A DNA stretch of 63,920 nucleotides, the filler included, from Octopus bimaculoides (taxonomy: Eukaryota): the NCBI RefSeq assembly GCF_001194135.2. It is 7 parts of 7 records of this genome, joined end to end, with 100 filler letters (N's around TTAATTAATTAA, not from the genome) between each part and the next. Parts side by side here need not be neighbours in the genome. Positions count along the whole stretch, not along the records: positions 62,881 to 63,920 come from NC_068984.1; 6 more parts are not named here. One strand, 5' to 3'. This document shows, in pieces, positions 63,857-63,920 of this stretch. How positions within the stretch are numbered: the first letter of the stretch is position 1; each line of letters starts with the position of its first letter. The notes beneath the pieces are model-generated. The model did no database searches. It saw only the letters and a list, made by a program, of their open reading frames with translations, and was not told where the DNA came from. Position numbers and translations under genes: made by a program.

Positions 63857-63920
<64 letters not shown>
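63857..63920 (+). repeat. (CA)n microsatellite to window end
   Basis: Direct reading. Confidence 0.95.

Overview
AT-rich, gap-riddled, microsatellite-dense eukaryotic DNA. The SINE families, TTAGGG repeats and composition point to a cephalopod, probably Octopus; this is inference. No intact host gene can be supported. Nearly all ORFs in the supplied track are microsatellite or N-gap artefacts. The window is a mobile-element graveyard: an L1/Tx1 ORF2 start, an RTE RT, two Penelope-like elements (PLEs), a Gypsy LTR+gag, an R4/Dong 3' end, CRE-like and CR1/L2-like fragments, Tc1, two mariners, a piggyBac MITE, hAT pieces and about 30 tRNA-derived SINE copies. Six artificial TTAATTAATTAA linkers sit inside 100-bp gaps. 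Most interesting: (i) a family of short elements combining a Pol III tRNA-like head, (AAT)n and a minimal type I hammerhead ribozyme, inserted head-to-head with 10-13 bp TSDs, the same architecture as a neighbouring PLE whose inverted pLTRs also carry minimal hammerheads; (ii) an exact 42-bp inverted copy from 3.5 kb away that breaks one ribozyme; (iii) a 270-bp foldback with head-to-head telomeric repeats; (iv) a SINE tail homologous to the Gypsy LTR. All alignments and folds were done by eye, and boundaries are approximate unless a TSD or TIR is quoted.
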